A DNA stretch of 64,000 bases, taken from Iphione sp. A-MEVVRFRX5. Its lineage: Eukaryota. A program made the position numbers and the translations under genes. The notes beneath the pieces are model-generated. The model made no database searches and was not told the origin of the DNA. It saw only the letters and a program-made list of their open reading frames with translations. Positions 1 through 13,241 of this stretch are shown here, one piece after another (position 1 is the first letter of the stretch; each line of letters starts with the position of its first letter). The stretch spans positions 71,548,001 to 71,612,000 of the forward strand of contig OZ320316.1 of assembly GCA_976226885.1 (NCBI GenBank), read 5' to 3'.

Positions 1-2084
1 ACCATGTATCTAATATATCTAATTTATATGCTTGAATAAATGAACACTTCTGTCTGAATTATTTTGTCTACAGCGTATTGAGGGCTTGGGTGCAAAGTGG
101 CTAGGGTCCTGAGTGCTTGGAGTATAGAAGAACACTTAAGATGGATGGTTAGAGCATGGAGTGACGAGGTTATGCAATGCTTAAATTTAGACTGCATAGT
201 TTACGAGAGCATGGAAAGACTATGGTATAATGTGGAAAACTAAGTTGATTAGCTAAAATAAGGTGAGGCCATTATTTCTGGATTGAAAGAAAAGAACACG
301 AAACGGTGAAGCAATTTGGTGTTTTATTTTAATAAAACTACAATATTGTCCCTTTCTCCTGAAAAAGTAGGGACGACCTTTTCCGAATCAGTCGAGCAAA
401 ATGGATAAACACCCCCGCCATTTGCAATAACATCGATTTTACTGACACACCATCTTTCCCGTTAGTGCAGATTTGTGTGTAAATACCCTAGGATATCTGG
501 GCGTAACACAGTCTGTAAAAGAACCAAACATTTCAGTTGCATTTAATCCACGTAAAAACATAAATATTACTTAAACTCCTTGCTGAAATAAAAATGGAAT
601 GACGAAAATAGTATTTAGAAGGAACAATGAATTAAAGGCAAATAACCAATGTCGTACGGAGTTGTTCTCTACCTTGAAAATAATCACTTTTCATATACAT
701 CTGTATATATGTATATATATTCAGGTGGTTCAAATGAACGTGTAGGCAAGATATTCAGGGATGATAGAAAGAGATGCTGCAAGCGAATGTGGAATCTGCA
801 TGTCTACTTGCCTTATTCACAATGAATTCACGTTGGGAGCCGGGACACATTCACACACTTATTGCCCGGCGGGGTTTGCGGCGCCTGCTCCAGTGACAAT
901 CCGCGGGCATGCCCGTCCCAGAAAACAAGTACCTGTCGCTTTAAGCAAACACACACACAAGCGGACCACTGGAATTACTTCACAAGTGGAGGAGGCCCCT
1001 TCGTCTGTGCCCCGTCTCGTCTTCCCTCCTGTCCTGACCTGCTACGTCTCATCAACGAGCGCCTGGAGTAGGGCCGATGGGTCCGATGAATCCACGTCGA
1101 CAGATTTAATTCCACGTCAAGTGAGCCACTGTAACACTCCTAGGGAGCTTGGTGATTGTGTCCACTGGAGAATGGATATCTTCCTATTCAGCGCTGCACC
1201 GTCATGCCCAGCTTTTTTTATTATTGAATATACTGTGGCCCTTATCCTGATCGGAAAACTGCGCGCCTTGCTACAGTGAGTGCCAATTCATAGTAGGAAA
1301 ACTCCTATTGGAATTGTCGTTCATAATCATCGGTATAAGGAAAACGGTGCATAATGACTTAAATAATAGATGTTTTGTCTCTAATAATATAATCTTTTTT
1401 CATCGATAGACACAAGCAGTTATATCGAAAGAGGTGCTCGGCGGCTTGACAGTATATTTGTCACTCCTTCACCTCTTGGATGAGGCGCTTTGAGTAATTG
1501 TACTTCAATAATTGTCACTTTTATCATGGCATTTGATCGGTCCATTTGATAAGGCATAAAGAGGACCATCTCCAGTTATTTTAGTTAGCTGCAGACCCGT
1601 AGCCGGTATACATCATCCCCTGATAAAACATGTACTTTTAAATGGATTGCTGCTTGACATTTGTGGTCCTCACAGGACTAGATGGTAACAGCCTCGTTAC
1701 TTCTGAATTTTCACTTTTCAGCTGAGGTATTATGAAACAACAAGCTTCCTGTTTGTTTATGTAGTAAACATAAGGTTTCGCTCAGTCAAAATTTTCTCCT
1801 TTTCATTCTAAGGACGGATAAAGCCATAATGCATTTCCAGGCTAGGGAATATAGTATATAATAGAAATACCATCATGCCTTGTGTAGATAGTCCTAGTCC
1901 GATCCTGAGGCAGAAATTATCACAAATACCTGCCGCCATTAATGGGTTAGATATGTGGCTAAAAGATTAAAGCACATCATTACAATTCCCCTCTTTGATA
2001 AGGCCTAAAAGGGTTTTGTTTCCTGTAACATAATGGAAGAACAAGGGTCAGTCAGTTAGCCCTTTTATTTTTTCAACTACATAT

Positions 2085-2370
2085 TTACACTACCTATATA
2101 AAACGTTGCCTAAAAGTAGTCCAGCCATGGGTGGAGGTCTCGTGTGTATGAGACTCCTCTTAATCTTCACGATTTGTTGTCTGACTTATGTTGTGATTAT
2201 CTTTTTTTAGAATAATAGATACTGTAATATGTTCTAAGGTAGAAAACAGAACATAAGAGAAAGTACAAAAAATTATTGCACTACATTTTCAGAGGTGCTA
2301 TAGGTGATTCTTTGGTGAGATGTATTCCTACCCCCCTCTGTGTCCATTCAAGCAGAACTGAAGATTGTAA
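2085..2370 (+). repeat. Dispersed repeat family, copy 1
   Basis: TTACACTACCTATATAAAAC(G/A)TTGCCT(A/G)AAAGTAGTCC and the downstream TGTATTCCTACCC..CTCTG are shared with the copies at 20078 and 20451. Confidence 0.8.
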
Positions 2371-2849
2371 ACTTGAACAAAGCCTGTGGTTTATAGCCAG
2401 ACAGGGGTCAAAGAACAGACTGAATTGGCGCCGAAGGCGCTTGTTTCCTATACAAATATTAATCTCAGTTCTTGTCAAGCCATTATCCATTCCAGAGATT
2501 TTGACAAAGCAAGAAAAAAATAAAGACTTCCTTTGGTACCAAAATGAGGCTCAGTTGGGTTGTAGATCTACCTTGTAGATCATTTGACTATTCTTTCCCT
2601 ATTCACCAGTAAGTATAACAAACAATATGTACGAAAACGCATGCTTGCCACAGTAAAAAGCAGCTCTTTTAAGAACGACAACACAAGAACAGTGGTAAAA
2701 GGCATGAATGCTAGCTGATAGGTAGAACGGGAGGTACGAGGAATGTGTTCAGTAGCAGCATTTATGTATTCTAATCTGGCAGCAGAATCTGTCTTCGTAA
2801 CGATTATCTCTGACGGCTTGACAAGTATTAGAACTTAAACCACCCCTAC

Positions 2850-3072
2850 AACCTGTTTCTCTCTATTTTCCTATCATCCCCCCGAGTTCATTATATCCAG
2901 TAAACATCCTGTTGTTTCTCTGTCACCACAAGTGCTGTGTTGTTATTTTCAACTCCCCTGGACGTGCTAGTTTGACCAAGCCCTGACACCTGACTTGGTG
3001 GGGATGCGAACCTGGGTCTCTCTCATGGCCTATTCAACACCCAGCAATCTTATCCACTGCACCGCAGAGGAC
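2850..3072 (-). mobile_element. tRNA-derived SINE-like element
   Basis: The minus strand reads GTCCTCTGCGGTGCAGTGGATAAG...CCCAGGTTCGCATCCCCACC, with an A-box-like GGTGCAGTGG (3054-63) and a B-box GGTTCGCATCC (3002-12). No intact cloverleaf or anticodon. The extent of the body is approximate. Confidence 0.6.
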
Positions 3073-3172
3073 ACACTCTTTCCACATGTATGGGGAGAGG
3101 CAGGAGATTGGGTGACAGGTATGGTTAGACATTTCTCAATACATTAAAAAGTTATTTTCATTTATTTGTTAA

Positions 3173-3454
3173 TGTGGGGGGAGACCCCCCACACACCCCC
3201 TTTTTGTTTCTAATATTTTCATGAATTAAATACATCTTTAGCATGACCTCTAGAAATATTTGCCACCTTTTCATGAATTCAACACAGCTTTAGCCGAACC
3301 TCCAGTAATATTTGCCGCTTTTCATTGATTAAATGTACCTTTAGCACTACCTCTGGGAATATTTGCCAGTTTTTCATGAATTAAATGCATCTTTAGCATG
3401 ACCTCCAGAAATATTCCCATTTTCTTTTATTTATGTGGGGGGAGACCCCCCACA
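3173..3454. repeat. Four ~52-bp tandem units bracketed by two identical 21-nt GC hairpins
   Basis: Units (ttcatgaattaaatgcatctttagcatgacctccagaaatatttgcc) start at 3218, 3270, 3321 and 3373. TGTGGGGGGAGACCCCCCACA occurs at 3173-3193 and 3434-3454. Confidence 0.9.
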
Positions 3455-3587
3455 CCCCTCTTTCTTTTCTTTTTCAATTTTTTTTCTTTTTTTCACAATT
3501 ATGACAGGCCCAAACCTTCTAAATTAGGAAGGGAGTACTTGAACGAAATTCCTACATTGTCTCTTACCCGAACCTTCTTGACTGAGA

Positions 3588-3607
3588 TGTGTGTGTGTGT
3601 GTGTGTG
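3588..3607. repeat. (TG)10 microsatellite
   Basis: Read directly from the sequence. Confidence 0.95.
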
Positions 3608-4199
3608 ATGGCCCAATTAAACCTTCATGACTGAGAGGGGGGCATGAGAGCCACCTTGGCTCTCGCCTCGGTGGGCCAATCCTTCTTGACTGGTCCTCAA
3701 ATCGCACAGTTGGGATGGGGGGTGGTTTAAATCAGTCAAAGTCCTCGGACCAGCTCACACTCTATAATGTACTTGGTACCTTTGGTACCTCCTCCATTAT
3801 ATCATGTAATCGCCGGTCCTCATACTTTAACTAATACCTATCTTCGACCGACTGGTCCTGGATATGGTAATTCATCAGGCTAGGATTTCCATGAAAAACA
3901 GCTGTAACTGAAAGATTATTCATATTTACTGAGAATATTATACGTACATATGTCTACAGTATTCAAAATCCTTTCAGAAGTGCGCTCTCTTTGACAATTC
4001 TTCATGACATTAGGCGATTTACTCCTGCCGAAAAACATCGTTATATATTTTTCTTTTTAGAGAAGATCCCTACATATCATACCTATAGACGTCTCTTGTA
4101 GTTTTTGGTATCTTCACAACTTATGTATACAGAACTACTGCACCAGCTTTCGTTCAGAGAGAACAGCTTACCTCCTTATCCTAGTCATCCTCGATTCAC

Positions 4200-6900
4200 A
4201 CAGGAAGAGCTATTCACTGGACATATAGGGTCCTCTGATGTCAAAGGTCTCATATGACCTCTTCAATAGTTCATCTGAGAATGTTGTCCTTCCTGGTGTC
4301 CTTTCCCCTTCTTGGGCAGCCTTTGGTGCTTATATTGGATGAGTCAATTTCAGACAAGTTTCAAGGAAGCACTTCCTCACAGTGGACTCTTGGGCAGTTG
4401 TCACAGATGCCTTCTTGGTGGATGACATGTTGAAGGAACCACTATGGTTCTGGATCCGATCATTCTTGATCTAGGCACTGGAGAGATTGCTTGTGTATAC
4501 GAGCTTCACATGAGAGATTTTGGCATCAAGTTGATGAGAGGCTAATTTTCAAGGATAACAACAACTGTTTATTGACGACCAAGGATCATTTATTTAAGAT
4601 TGAAGTGACCATCCAGGCCTTCTCGCCGGGCCTCCCGGTACCAGATTTGTTAACATTTTTAAACACCAGGGCCTGGCGACCTCCCATGTAACCTAATGCT
4701 TCTCAAAAGATCCATCATTAAACACACAGAAAGAAAATCGGTCTTCCAATTATTCCTTTTACTGCCTTTTAGGAGATCCTGAAGAAAAGTAACACTTCAG
4801 AAACGGTGAAGACATCTCCCTGTAGGCCACATTCAGTATTTCCCATACTTGTATCTCTGTAAGGGAGACAGGAATCGCTTAGGCATGTCTTCAAGTGTCT
4901 CCCCTGGAACATTGTTCTGTTCTGCTGTGCTATGTCTCCTCTTTTATCTTGTCAGTCAGTAGATGCCCTATGGACCTTTAAAGTAAATTCATTGACCCTA
5001 GTTATGGCATTGGTTTCAAATAGGGTTCTAACACGGTTGGCAGTGCCAATCCTATACTTGCAATGATGAAGAAACATACTGAAACCAGGAACTGGTCAAG
5101 GCCCAGATTCTAAAACTATGTCAATCATGTGCATTGCGTCCATCCAAAGTGGCGATAGATGTAAACACACCTTGTAGCAGTCGAATATCAGCTGAAACTA
5201 TTTGAAAAAGATGGAATATGGCGAATTTAAGCCATGCAAAAGGTTGGTTATAATCAAAATCGTGTTAGAACTGAATTTAATGACTACATTTCTGTATGAT
5301 TTTGTGGTTTCAACATGATATGCTGAGGGCTGGGATGATAGTCCCAGCCTGAGGCACGAGTGTTGAAACTGCAGACTCATACCTCAACTTCATCGTTAAA
5401 CCCATCACCCAAAGGGTCTCGGGTTCTCTTGTTGGTGAACCAAAAATGCGTAGTCGACAACTCAGAGGAAAGACCTTGGTTTGAATGTCTGACTTTTCAA
5501 ATAATTTAACATATTGAGTCAATCATGTGGATGATTTTAAAGTAGGCATAATGTATTGCTGCATAGAAGAGAATGGCTTGTTGAACTCATTTTTAGTGGT
5601 ATGTGTGAGAAATCATTAGCGAACATCTGATTGTACTTTCATTATTTTCTTTCACACGATGATGTGTTGAACTAGTGCAACAAGATGGAAGCCAGCAAAC
5701 ATGAAGTTTTTAGCGTTTCACATTCAAGGGTCTAACATATAGATTGATGGTTTGTTGTACATAGTGCTAGGGGTCCAGAGTCTGTGGTCTGGAGGGGTCC
5801 ATGGATTGAAAATTAACAATGCTTGTTTTTTTCCCAGAATACGGACCCACATGGGCCAGTGGAATAAAGAGATGAACGTTTTTAGCAGGATAAACAATGT
5901 CTATCATAGATATGATAGATGATGTGAAACATTTTCTAATTTGCATAGCATTTTGTATAAAAACCAGTTTGGTTGGAATTCCTTGTGATCAGCACAAAAA
6001 CACATGGTTTTAAAAGATTTGGTTGGAGTTCCTTGCAATTGGTACAAAACATGGTTTTACCAGATTTGGGTGGAATTCCTCATGATCAACACAAAAACAC
6101 ATTGTTTTAACTGATTTGGTCAGAATTCCATGCAATTGGCACAAAAAACACATGGTTTTAACAAACACATACATACACTTGCACTCACACCAAGCAGGTT
6201 TATACCACAAATTGCTGTGTGTCCATACACTCCGTGGGTGCCCATAGGTGTCTGAAAATTTGGTCAAAACACCCAGACTCTTCCATGTACAGATAAAAAA
6301 TCTGGACACATGGAAATCCAGCCTTAGACCAGTTTGACCACCATGATGCTGGAGCATGTCTGTCTTTCAGCACTTCCAGGTTCCTAGGGATGCTGCCAAC
6401 ACAAAGTCATTATGTATGGAGTGTTCCTTCTTACGCCACAATTGATCAAACAATGCAAAATGAATCATTCAATGGGGTAATAGCATTGATCACACAACAC
6501 TTCCATCCTGAAATATCAGGAATATGAATATCATGATAAACTCAGATGACTTCAGCCTTCAAATGACTTTAGCCTGATATATCAGAAACACTCTTCCTGA
6601 CATACATTGAGTGCCTGCCTTCATAGCCTACCAGTCTGTATTTACACCCCCATTCACTACAAAATGTTGCCCTGTTTTTAGAGATTCAATAGGATACTGC
6701 CCAGACCACCCACGAATATCTTGAAGTGCTCAAATACTCAGGCTGCCCTCCTAGGTAAAAATACTCAAGATAGACACTTTCAGCAGGTTCGTGTCATTCG
6801 ACCATTTGGAAATGGTTTTAGTCAGCATGAAATGCTGGTAAAACATGCTGCACACACATATATTAGTACATATTAGAAGAATCCTCTTGAAGTGTTTCAA
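4200..6900 (-). mobile_element. Highly decayed non-LTR (CR1/L2-like) retrotransposon ORF2 relic, interrupted by the 5.7-6.35 kb repeat block
   Basis: The minus-strand translation DIRGWSGQYPIESLKTGQHFVVNGGVNTDW*AMKAG...VFLIY...LKSS...FQDGSVV loosely follows the CR1/L2 RT consensus GIRG..W..SYL..R.QFVVING..S.W...AGVPQGS..LFLIYIND...FADD. Many stops; boundaries approximate. Confidence 0.35.
5967..6163. repeat. Four ~47-50-bp tandem units in A-B-A-B order
   Basis: Units start gatttgg.tggaattcc at 5967, 6016, 6063 and 6113. They alternate a TGATCA and a CAATTG core and end in aaaacacatggtttta. Confidence 0.9.
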
Positions 6901-9655
6901 AAATAGAAAGGTTTTCGACGAAATATATCAGAAACCAGTTGATCAGCGATATTTTATGTCGACGTGGTACTATCGGGAGCCTTGCTTTTCATTCATGGTT
7001 GATAAATATCATGACTGATACCTGTACCTGTTGATAGTGTATCTCAAACAGTTCACCTCTAATAGATCTTCATTCACACATGAGCGGCGTGCGTCATGTT
7101 TTGCTTAGACATAAACCAAGTGCTGAGAGGTATTCACTTTTGCTTGGTTGATGGACATCACCAATAAAGCAATAGCGTCAAAAAGTGAATATAATCCATT
7201 TTGTTGTTTTTCGAAATACGCCGAGACAGAATGATCAAGTGAACAAGGGTGACGGATCATTTCAACCGAGGGCGCCCTGACCTTCGGCTAGATAAACCAA
7301 CGGCCTCGGCCTCCTTTCTCACACGAGGTTGCATTGCTGGAACACGCACTCAGTCTTGCACCTCAAGGGTTAACACAAATGTTAACAGTTTTATTACAAT
7401 TACATTGCCACGCATATCTTTCAAAAGGAGGGAAACCCGAAGTAGCGAGAGCTCTATCCAAGCGACTTGGAAGGACAAAACGATTTAGGTACGTCTGACC
7501 ATGTGGAAGGCGCCATGTGTATACCAGCCCCTGGCCACGAGGAGCTACAACCAAAAGAATGACGATGCTGCTAACACTAACCAGCGGCAAAAGAAGCATG
7601 GTTGGAACGAGTAGAGAATGTCTGACAGGACAATAACAAAATTCACCTCGAGCGTATGAGAATCTATGGCCCCGGTAATAACAACACCAAACCAGTCTTA
7701 TCACTACAGTCGAAACTCAAAATCTGCACGATGAAAAATCCAATGATTTACATTTCCAATGACTTATTTTGGTAACTGAATATATTTCTACGTAAACAGA
7801 CTCATATTTTGGAATAATTCAATTTCTGAATGCGAAAAACAAGAGCTCTTTTGAGTCACCCTTATTGACTTATTCCTAGATGATGACTTTGGTTCTACAC
7901 ACACATGCACACAGACCACAAAATTTCCTTTACTATAAACCTACTTATATATATATATATCGATTTCCGAATATGAACAGTTGTATTTTATCTATGTTCA
8001 TATAAACATGATGACTTCTGTTGGCCACAAACATACCATTTGCGATTACACACTTTAGCTCATATTCTAGCCAGGCATCAATGTTTAAGTCTAGATTCGT
8101 ACATTCAGAATTGCGGTGTAATCTACAAAGGCTAAGGCCGCAGGTCGAAGTTGTAAATGATTAATCCTTTAAAGACTGGGAACGTTCAGGATTTTCATGT
8201 TTTAAAGTATGTTTGCTGATAGGTATCTGTCTAGTTGCTAAAATCTGCATTTGACATGGGTATATGGCACAGCATTTCAAAGATGAGGAATTATACTTCG
8301 TTTTGAAAGCATTTAGTTGTTTCAGTTTTCTGGTTGCCATGGTTACCAGTTTGAGCAAAAACGGCCAAAATGCCTACGAAAAACAGAATAAATCAATGAT
8401 AGTTTACAAAGTGGTCAAAAACAAGGTTAAATAATAATTTCAGAGAGAAGTGTTACATTAAGAAAAGAGACAGTAAGTGATTTGGAGTGTTTTTGGGCCC
8501 AATTTGTTTCGGTACATTAGAAAGAACACATTCTACCATGCTGGGTAAGTATATCTGTTAATGCCAAAATAGTGTATCAGCATCAGCATCAGCATCACAG
8601 GTGCTGATTTGAGGCATCACGGGATATCATTTGTTGAGTGGTAATCATAAAACGATCATATATTCTCATCAGAGACAATTTTTAATGGGGTAAACTAAGA
8701 TTCTTTTTCAATTTCTTTTATGGAAAACAAAAATAATAATATCTATAATATTAGGATTCTACATAGTGATTATATAATAATAAGTATTGCTTATATCTCA
8801 CATTGTGTCCTTATAAAGGGGCAAATGGGGTACTTTTGATCACCTTTTTAGTGTTAATTTTTGTTGTCAGTGATGTAAAACTATGAGAAAGTGATGAAAA
8901 CCACTTTTATGGTGTGTACTTAAGCATATTGTTGTAGTTCTTTCTACATTGTAGCAAAATTCAGGACCTTAAATTGATTAATAATGATGATATCTGTGTG
9001 CACATTTGTGCTCATTTACCAAAATGGTGATCGATCTTCTACTGTGTAGTGTTTTTGTTTTGATACTTCCTGGGTGTTGATCAATTGTGTTACTTCAAAA
9101 TAGTACAGTGACATGGTTTTTGTTCGCTGTGTTGACATGAAAACATAATGATGGTTTTCACGTACACCTCATATGCATTCCTCACAATATTCCATTCCAT
9201 TCCTCATTCTTATTTAACATACATTTAGATTTACAAGTTGAAGCATTCGTTTGATATTGTTTCAATAGAGCATGTTCGGAGTGAGTCTCCAAGGTACGGC
9301 CATATTGCTTTTCATATAAACAATGATATTGCATATTACAAAACTCAGTCATGAATTGGTTTACTGATCAAAACACAGCTAGAACGACTGTTGATGAGGG
9401 ATTAAACTTGGCTTAAGTGTTAGAACTATGACAATAGATCCATACCAACGATGGAAAAACAGCCTCTCAGGTCTCTACATATCTGATCAATAACTTTAAA
9501 ACTCTTTTGGGCTTGGCTTTTTAAAAATGCATATTCTAAATAATCTGCTTCATAATCTACATATATAACAAGAGCATGTTATTTTACTATAATTTATGTC
9601 TTCATGTACCCCCAAACCGAATAAAATCATTTTAGCACACTTCTTTCACGTTATG

Positions 9656-10480
9656 TTATAGGAGACACAGGTATTTTTTAGGCCTAACATACATGCACAG
9701 ATTGATCAGAAGGGGAACCTTTTGACGCTCACAGTCTTCCACAGGAGGGCCCCCCCCTCTTTCCACTAAACTTCTACACCATGGCGGGGACTCCTGTCGC
9801 CATTGGGTTTGTAGGAAGGTGAACTTGGTGATTCCAGAATGTGAATTATGGCTTTCAACAAAATATGTAACACTGGAATCCCCCTTTTTCACACTGCTCA
9901 TGGTAGTGGCCATAATAAACCGGTCCCTTTATGCATACTTTGGGACAGAAAATCCCAGGGTATATGATCAGGACCATTAGGTTTGAAACTATAACAATGG
10001 AATGCTTTCTTTTATCTATCAGAGCATTGGTTTACCCAGAAATATGCAATGAAATCATGGAAAGACAAATCTCTGTTCTCTAAAGTGAGTTTGAGTGCAG
10101 TTTTGGGTACCACACGATAACTTTCATACAAAGTCATTTGTTGAAAAACCTCTGGAAAAGCAGGAATGGTTCAGAGTCAATGCATTTGACAATGATGAAT
10201 TGGTTGAAGTTCCACCACAATGTGTGGTCCCTGAGTGGAAATGTGTGTATAGAACAAACAATATACGTATAATTACATTTATCTCGCTTGAAACTCTCCA
10301 TGAGTAATGACTTTTGAAAATAAATATGGTAACACAAATGACCCATAGATTCGAATTGCAACAACATTTTCATAACATATGGCGGTAGTTCCATGTGTGT
10401 GTAGTGTTCTTTCGACAAAGAATAGGAAAGCCAAATGTGGGGGAACAAAACGTATATAATACGACTGCACCACCTCGGCC
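9656..10480 (-). mobile_element. Decayed 3' end of a non-LTR retrotransposon ORF2 (RTE-X-like C-terminus, clade uncertain)
   Basis: Minus-strand fragments ELPPY..., KSLLMESFK, HTLWWNFNQ, FQRF, ITKF...WRQ..PP..., VED..., LLINLCMYVRPKKYL appear in the order expected for the LINE C-terminal ELGR.PL / SLL.EAY / W.NQ / LTK.R...GRW / VEDE.HFLL.C..Y...RKKYL region. Confidence 0.5.
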
Positions 10481-11128
10481 ATATAATATCTCTTTAACCC
10501 TTTAGGGCAAAGCTTCGCATTAATGTCCCGTCATTTTGTGCATTTATACATTGGAGGGTTGGTGTCGAGAAACAGCAAATAATTCCCTATTTTAGTGATA
10601 TTATGATAATGTGAAGTAAGTACTCTGAACCTATCTCTATGTCATCATTATCCCTTCAGAACGTAACGTACATCACATGGCATGGACATCTATATGAAGG
10701 ACATGACTATCTGTGACCTTTATCATCCTACTGGTATGTGTAAACATATTACCTCTCCGCCAAATGGCATCGAAAAATGAAAGTACCCTAGTAACCTAAA
10801 TAATTTAATTGCACAAAAGGTTATGTGACCCAGGTTAACAGTATACGCTTTGTTAGAAAGTACGTGTATATATAATGCGTGTGTGTATCGTCTTGTATGA
10901 ATACGAGAAAAGACTATTTTGATGGGAACTTTACATAGGCAGCTTCAAGTATTACAAAGGGGAAGCCCAGAATTGAGTAGCTTTGGTCATAGCTCGGTTT
11001 TGTGGGAGAGTATTTTTAAGCACGACTAATTGAACTATTTCCCAACACTTTATCATGGAAGTGTACTTCAAAAGCATGTATGTGCATATTACATGATTCC
11101 ATTGCTCATATTTGGGCATCTTAATTGT

Positions 11129-11380
11129 TGTGGCCACTGTGTGGCTGGTGGCGTGCAGCGTGCAGCATGCGGCGCCAGCACACCGTGCGCTGTGCGGCAC
11201 GACCTGAGTGGTGGGGTCCGCCAGTTTTGGCAGGAACTGGGGGGCTATATATATAGGGGTTGCTTGTTGTTGTTGTTGTCTGTTGTAACTGCTAAGGCAG
11301 AGTACTTGGTCTCACTCTCCTTCAGCAATAAAGCTGCATCTCATCATTTTGGCGTCATGACTTATTTGTGTAGTGGTAAG
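11129..11380 (+). repeat. 5' LTR of Gypsy element
   Basis: Roughly 90% identical by eye to 19568-19840 over the shared part. TATA-like gctatatatata and AATAAA present. Similarity stops at ~11380, and neither the terminal TGCTACA nor a canonical TGG-PBS is visible. Confidence 0.9.
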
Positions 11381-11412
11381 CTGTTCCCCAGGAAAGGTCT
11401 TCAAGTGGGGAA

Positions 11413-12720
11413 GTGTCAAGTTCCAATGATGAGGTCACCTTTTGCACCTTGGACACAGTGGATCAAGATGGTGGCCATAGCGGAGTGACCGGAGTGAGCA
11501 GCAGTGGATCACCAGAGGTGAGGAGCTGCAGTGGGTCTCTAGATCTGCACAGGGGCACTGTGGCAGGAGGCACACACTGCACCAGCACTGAGGGAGCCGC
11601 ATGCTGCACCAGCCCAGAAGAAGCTGCACGTCGTACTCCCCAGGGGGTTGCACCGGCGCCTGTCAGTCCCTTGGCCACCGCTGTCCCCCCGGCTGGCCCG
11701 CCTGCTGGAGGGGTGACCAGCCCCACCACCATGACAGCAACCGTGTCATCTTCTGCTGGTTCTCCAGGGGGGTCGGACAAATTGGGGGCTACCCCCACTA
11801 CATCCGACGCAGCTCAGCTGGTACGTGGACTGGTCTCTGAATTGCAGTCTGCTCTCCAACCCCCTACTCAGCCCCCAAGGAGATTCCATGTTAAACCCAA
11901 ATCCTTCAGCGGAAGTGTGCCTTTGGTGGAATTCTTCCTCAATTTTGGTTTAGTCGCCAAGGCTAACCGGTGGGAGGATGCCAAGCAGGCACTGCAGTTG
12001 AGTGTCTGTCTGTGTGGCTTGGCGCAATCGGTCTTGCGCTTCGCCGGGGTGGACGTCAGCGCCCTGGGGGCCTACGCTCGCATTGTGGATGTCCTCTGAT
12101 AGTGAGCGGAGTAGGAGATGGGTGGTGCAAGTGAAGGCGCAGTTCTTCAGGTGGCTGTGTCAGAGGCACAACTTGCGGAATCCTACCACCGGGTGGAGAA
12201 GGAACAGACACCAGGTAATGCCCCCAGTTGGGCGCATGCGGCGCCGGTGGAGATGTAGAAGATGGGTGATGCAAGCGAAGGCGCAGTCCTTCAGGTGGCT
12301 GTGTCGGAGGCACAACTTGCGGAATCCTACCACCAGGTGGAGAAGGAATGGACACCGGGTAATGCCCCCAGTTGGGCGCATGTGGCACCAGTGGAGATGC
12401 AGAAGATCACAGCTGCTGGGGTTACTCCTCCTCCACCCACCGGGTTCAACAAGATCGAGCAGTTGCTGTTGAAACTACTGGAATGACCCACTCCAGCACC
12501 TCGCCATGGTGGGAAGAGCACTTTAAAAGGGCCTGGCCTGGAAGAAAGCTGAGGAGGCGGCCACTGCTCCCACCCAACCGGAAAACAAGCGGCTGCCTGC
12601 CCCAATGCAGTAGGGTGGGAGGCGTCCACAGAGGTAGCACCCCCACCAGAGGCCCCCCTGGTAGCCCTGGCTGCCACACTGGAGGACGACCCAAGGGTCA
12701 CCTTAGTAGGAAGGTGTAGA
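11413..12720 (+). pseudogene. Gypsy gag relic
   Basis: VKPKSFSGSVPLVEFFLNFGLVAKANRWEDAKQALQLSVCLCGLA is a typical Gypsy capsid N-terminal segment. EEHFKRAWP resembles a mutated zinc knuckle (GHFKRxCP). Interrupted by stops. Confidence 0.75.
12116..12407 (+). repeat. 144-bp tandem duplication inside gag
   Basis: Units start agatgggtg(g/a)tgcaag at 12116 and 12260. They are highly similar and the period is 48 codons. Confidence 0.95.
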
Positions 12721-12774
12721 GAGTGTTGCAGTGGGGTGCTCCTGGAAGGGTGCATAGCAGGGGTTGCAGTAGAT

Positions 12775-13241
12775 TGGCTCGTGGACACCAGAGCATCTGC
12801 ATCCCTCTTATTTCTTGAGGGACCTTAGATGGGATTCCCCTAGGGCCAGTCAATGCCTGAGTGTTTGGAGTGGATGGGGGAACACCCTAAGTTCAAGGAT
12901 CGGTAGTGTGCAATGTACGGTTTGGACCTGTGATGCTGCCTGTATGGGCTAAAGTGGTCAATATGGAGATACCGGCCCTCCTCGGGTTCTATTGGTTCGA
13001 CCGCTGGGAAGCAGTGGTGGATGCATGATGTGCAATTGTCACGGTGTGCCCTGAAGTGGTTGGAGGGGTGGCTAGGATCAAGACATCCTGGCGGGACAAG
13101 CAAGTTGGGTACAAGCGGAGGCATGCCAGGGGACCTTGGGTCTCCAGGACGGGTTGGCAGTGGCTAGCGGCCGGTTCAAAGACCGCTCGGGGCTGAGGGT
13201 AGCCCAGGCTGTGGTGCAACCAGACAGGGGGGTGTGGGTTC
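12775..13241 (+). pseudogene. Gypsy pol, aspartic protease region (decayed)
   Basis: W-L-V-D-T-R-A-S at 12775-12798 corresponds to LVDTGAS with G>R. The downstream GLRVAQAVVQPDRGVWV continues after the nested insertion. Confidence 0.7.

Noticed and set aside
761-1279. 172-aa ORF in a CpG-rich patch
   Set aside because: No recognisable domain or splice-supported structure; low-information translation typical of a GC-rich non-coding island.
11381-11412. Primer-binding site after the 5' LTR
   Set aside because: Only a partial aagtggg resemblance to the common TGGTGTCAGAAGTGGGAT PBS; cannot be called.
11030-11488. 152-aa ORF and the similar 19718-19981 ORF
   Set aside because: They simply read through the two LTRs.
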